Part shown: piece by piece, positions 63,760 to 64,000 of the stretch
Layout: each line of letters starts with the position of its first letter
Numbering within the stretch: position 1 is the stretch's first letter
Assembly: GCA_041484665.1 (NCBI GenBank)
Contig: JBGPIA010000005.1
Span: 128,001-192,000 of the forward strand
DNA from: Candidatus Krumholzibacteriia bacterium
Lineage (GTDB): Bacteria > Krumholzibacteriota > Krumholzibacteriia > JAJRXK01
DNA length: 64,000 nucleotides
Reading direction: 5' to 3'
The notes under the pieces: generated by a model
What the model saw: only the letters and a program-made list of their open reading frames with translations
Databases searched by the model: none
What the model was told of the DNA's origin: nothing
Translations under genes and position numbers: made by a program

Positions 63760-64000
63760 GTGCTCGGCCTGCTGCTGATCGCGCTGCCGGCGCTGGGTGC
63801 GGGCGGGCCGGCGCGCGCGGGGTTGCTCGCGGCCGCGGGTTTGCCGGAGCTCGCCGGGCCGTAGGACCAGCGGGCGCCCGTGGGCAGCATCGGGGTGTAC
63901 TTCGACCCTGCCTACAGGCAGCAGAGCAGCGCCGTCGCGGTGCCATTCGCCCCGTTCAACTTCTATGTCGTCGCCAAGGGGCTGCAGCAGCCGGGAGTGC
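63760..64000 (+). pseudogene. 5' part of a secreted-protein gene with an in-frame TAG (63862-63864) after the signal peptide; start uncertain; runs off the window end
   Basis: VLGLLLIALPALGAGGPARA signal-like segment, then ELAGP*DQRAPVGSIGVYFDPAYRQQSSAVAVPFAPFNFYVVAKG stays open in the same frame. Confidence 0.55.

Overview
High-GC (roughly 70% by eye) bacterial chromosomal segment with about 55 genes. I recognised no rRNA, tRNA, CRISPR array, integrase or transposase. Housekeeping content: (i) an acyl-CoA cluster with meaB, a stand-alone B12-binding mutase subunit, three acyl-CoA dehydrogenases, a thiolase and hbd; (ii) ispH-fni; (iii) a GldA/GldF/GldG-like ABC system plus a DUF4340 protein; (iv) peptide-scavenging genes (two POT-type MFS, OppABC, OPT, PepA, pxpBC-MFS-pxpA); (v) ygfZ divergent from iscS-iscA-pepA; (vi) xseAB; (vii) a propionyl-CoA carboxylase, methylmalonyl-CoA mutase and epimerase operon. 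A more accessory-looking stretch (about 15.6-34.4 kb) holds a structured non-coding region, a gene fragment, an ECF sigma/Ser-Thr kinase pair and two disrupted genes. Most notable signal: three signal-peptide-bearing proteins from two unrelated families end in the same short motif, V-P-x4-[ST]-W-G-x-[VLI]-K-A-x-[YF]-x(1-2)-stop. This is a candidate C-terminal sorting or surface-attachment signal unlike LPxTG, PEP-CTERM or the T9SS CTD. From recall, not a search, such tails suggest a Latescibacterota/Eisenbacteria/Krumholzibacteria-like organism. Also notable: three in-frame TAG codons inside otherwise continuous reading frames, a 7x16-bp intergenic minisatellite, and an RBS-sequestering hairpin. 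All product calls come from motif recognition by eye; no database search was run.
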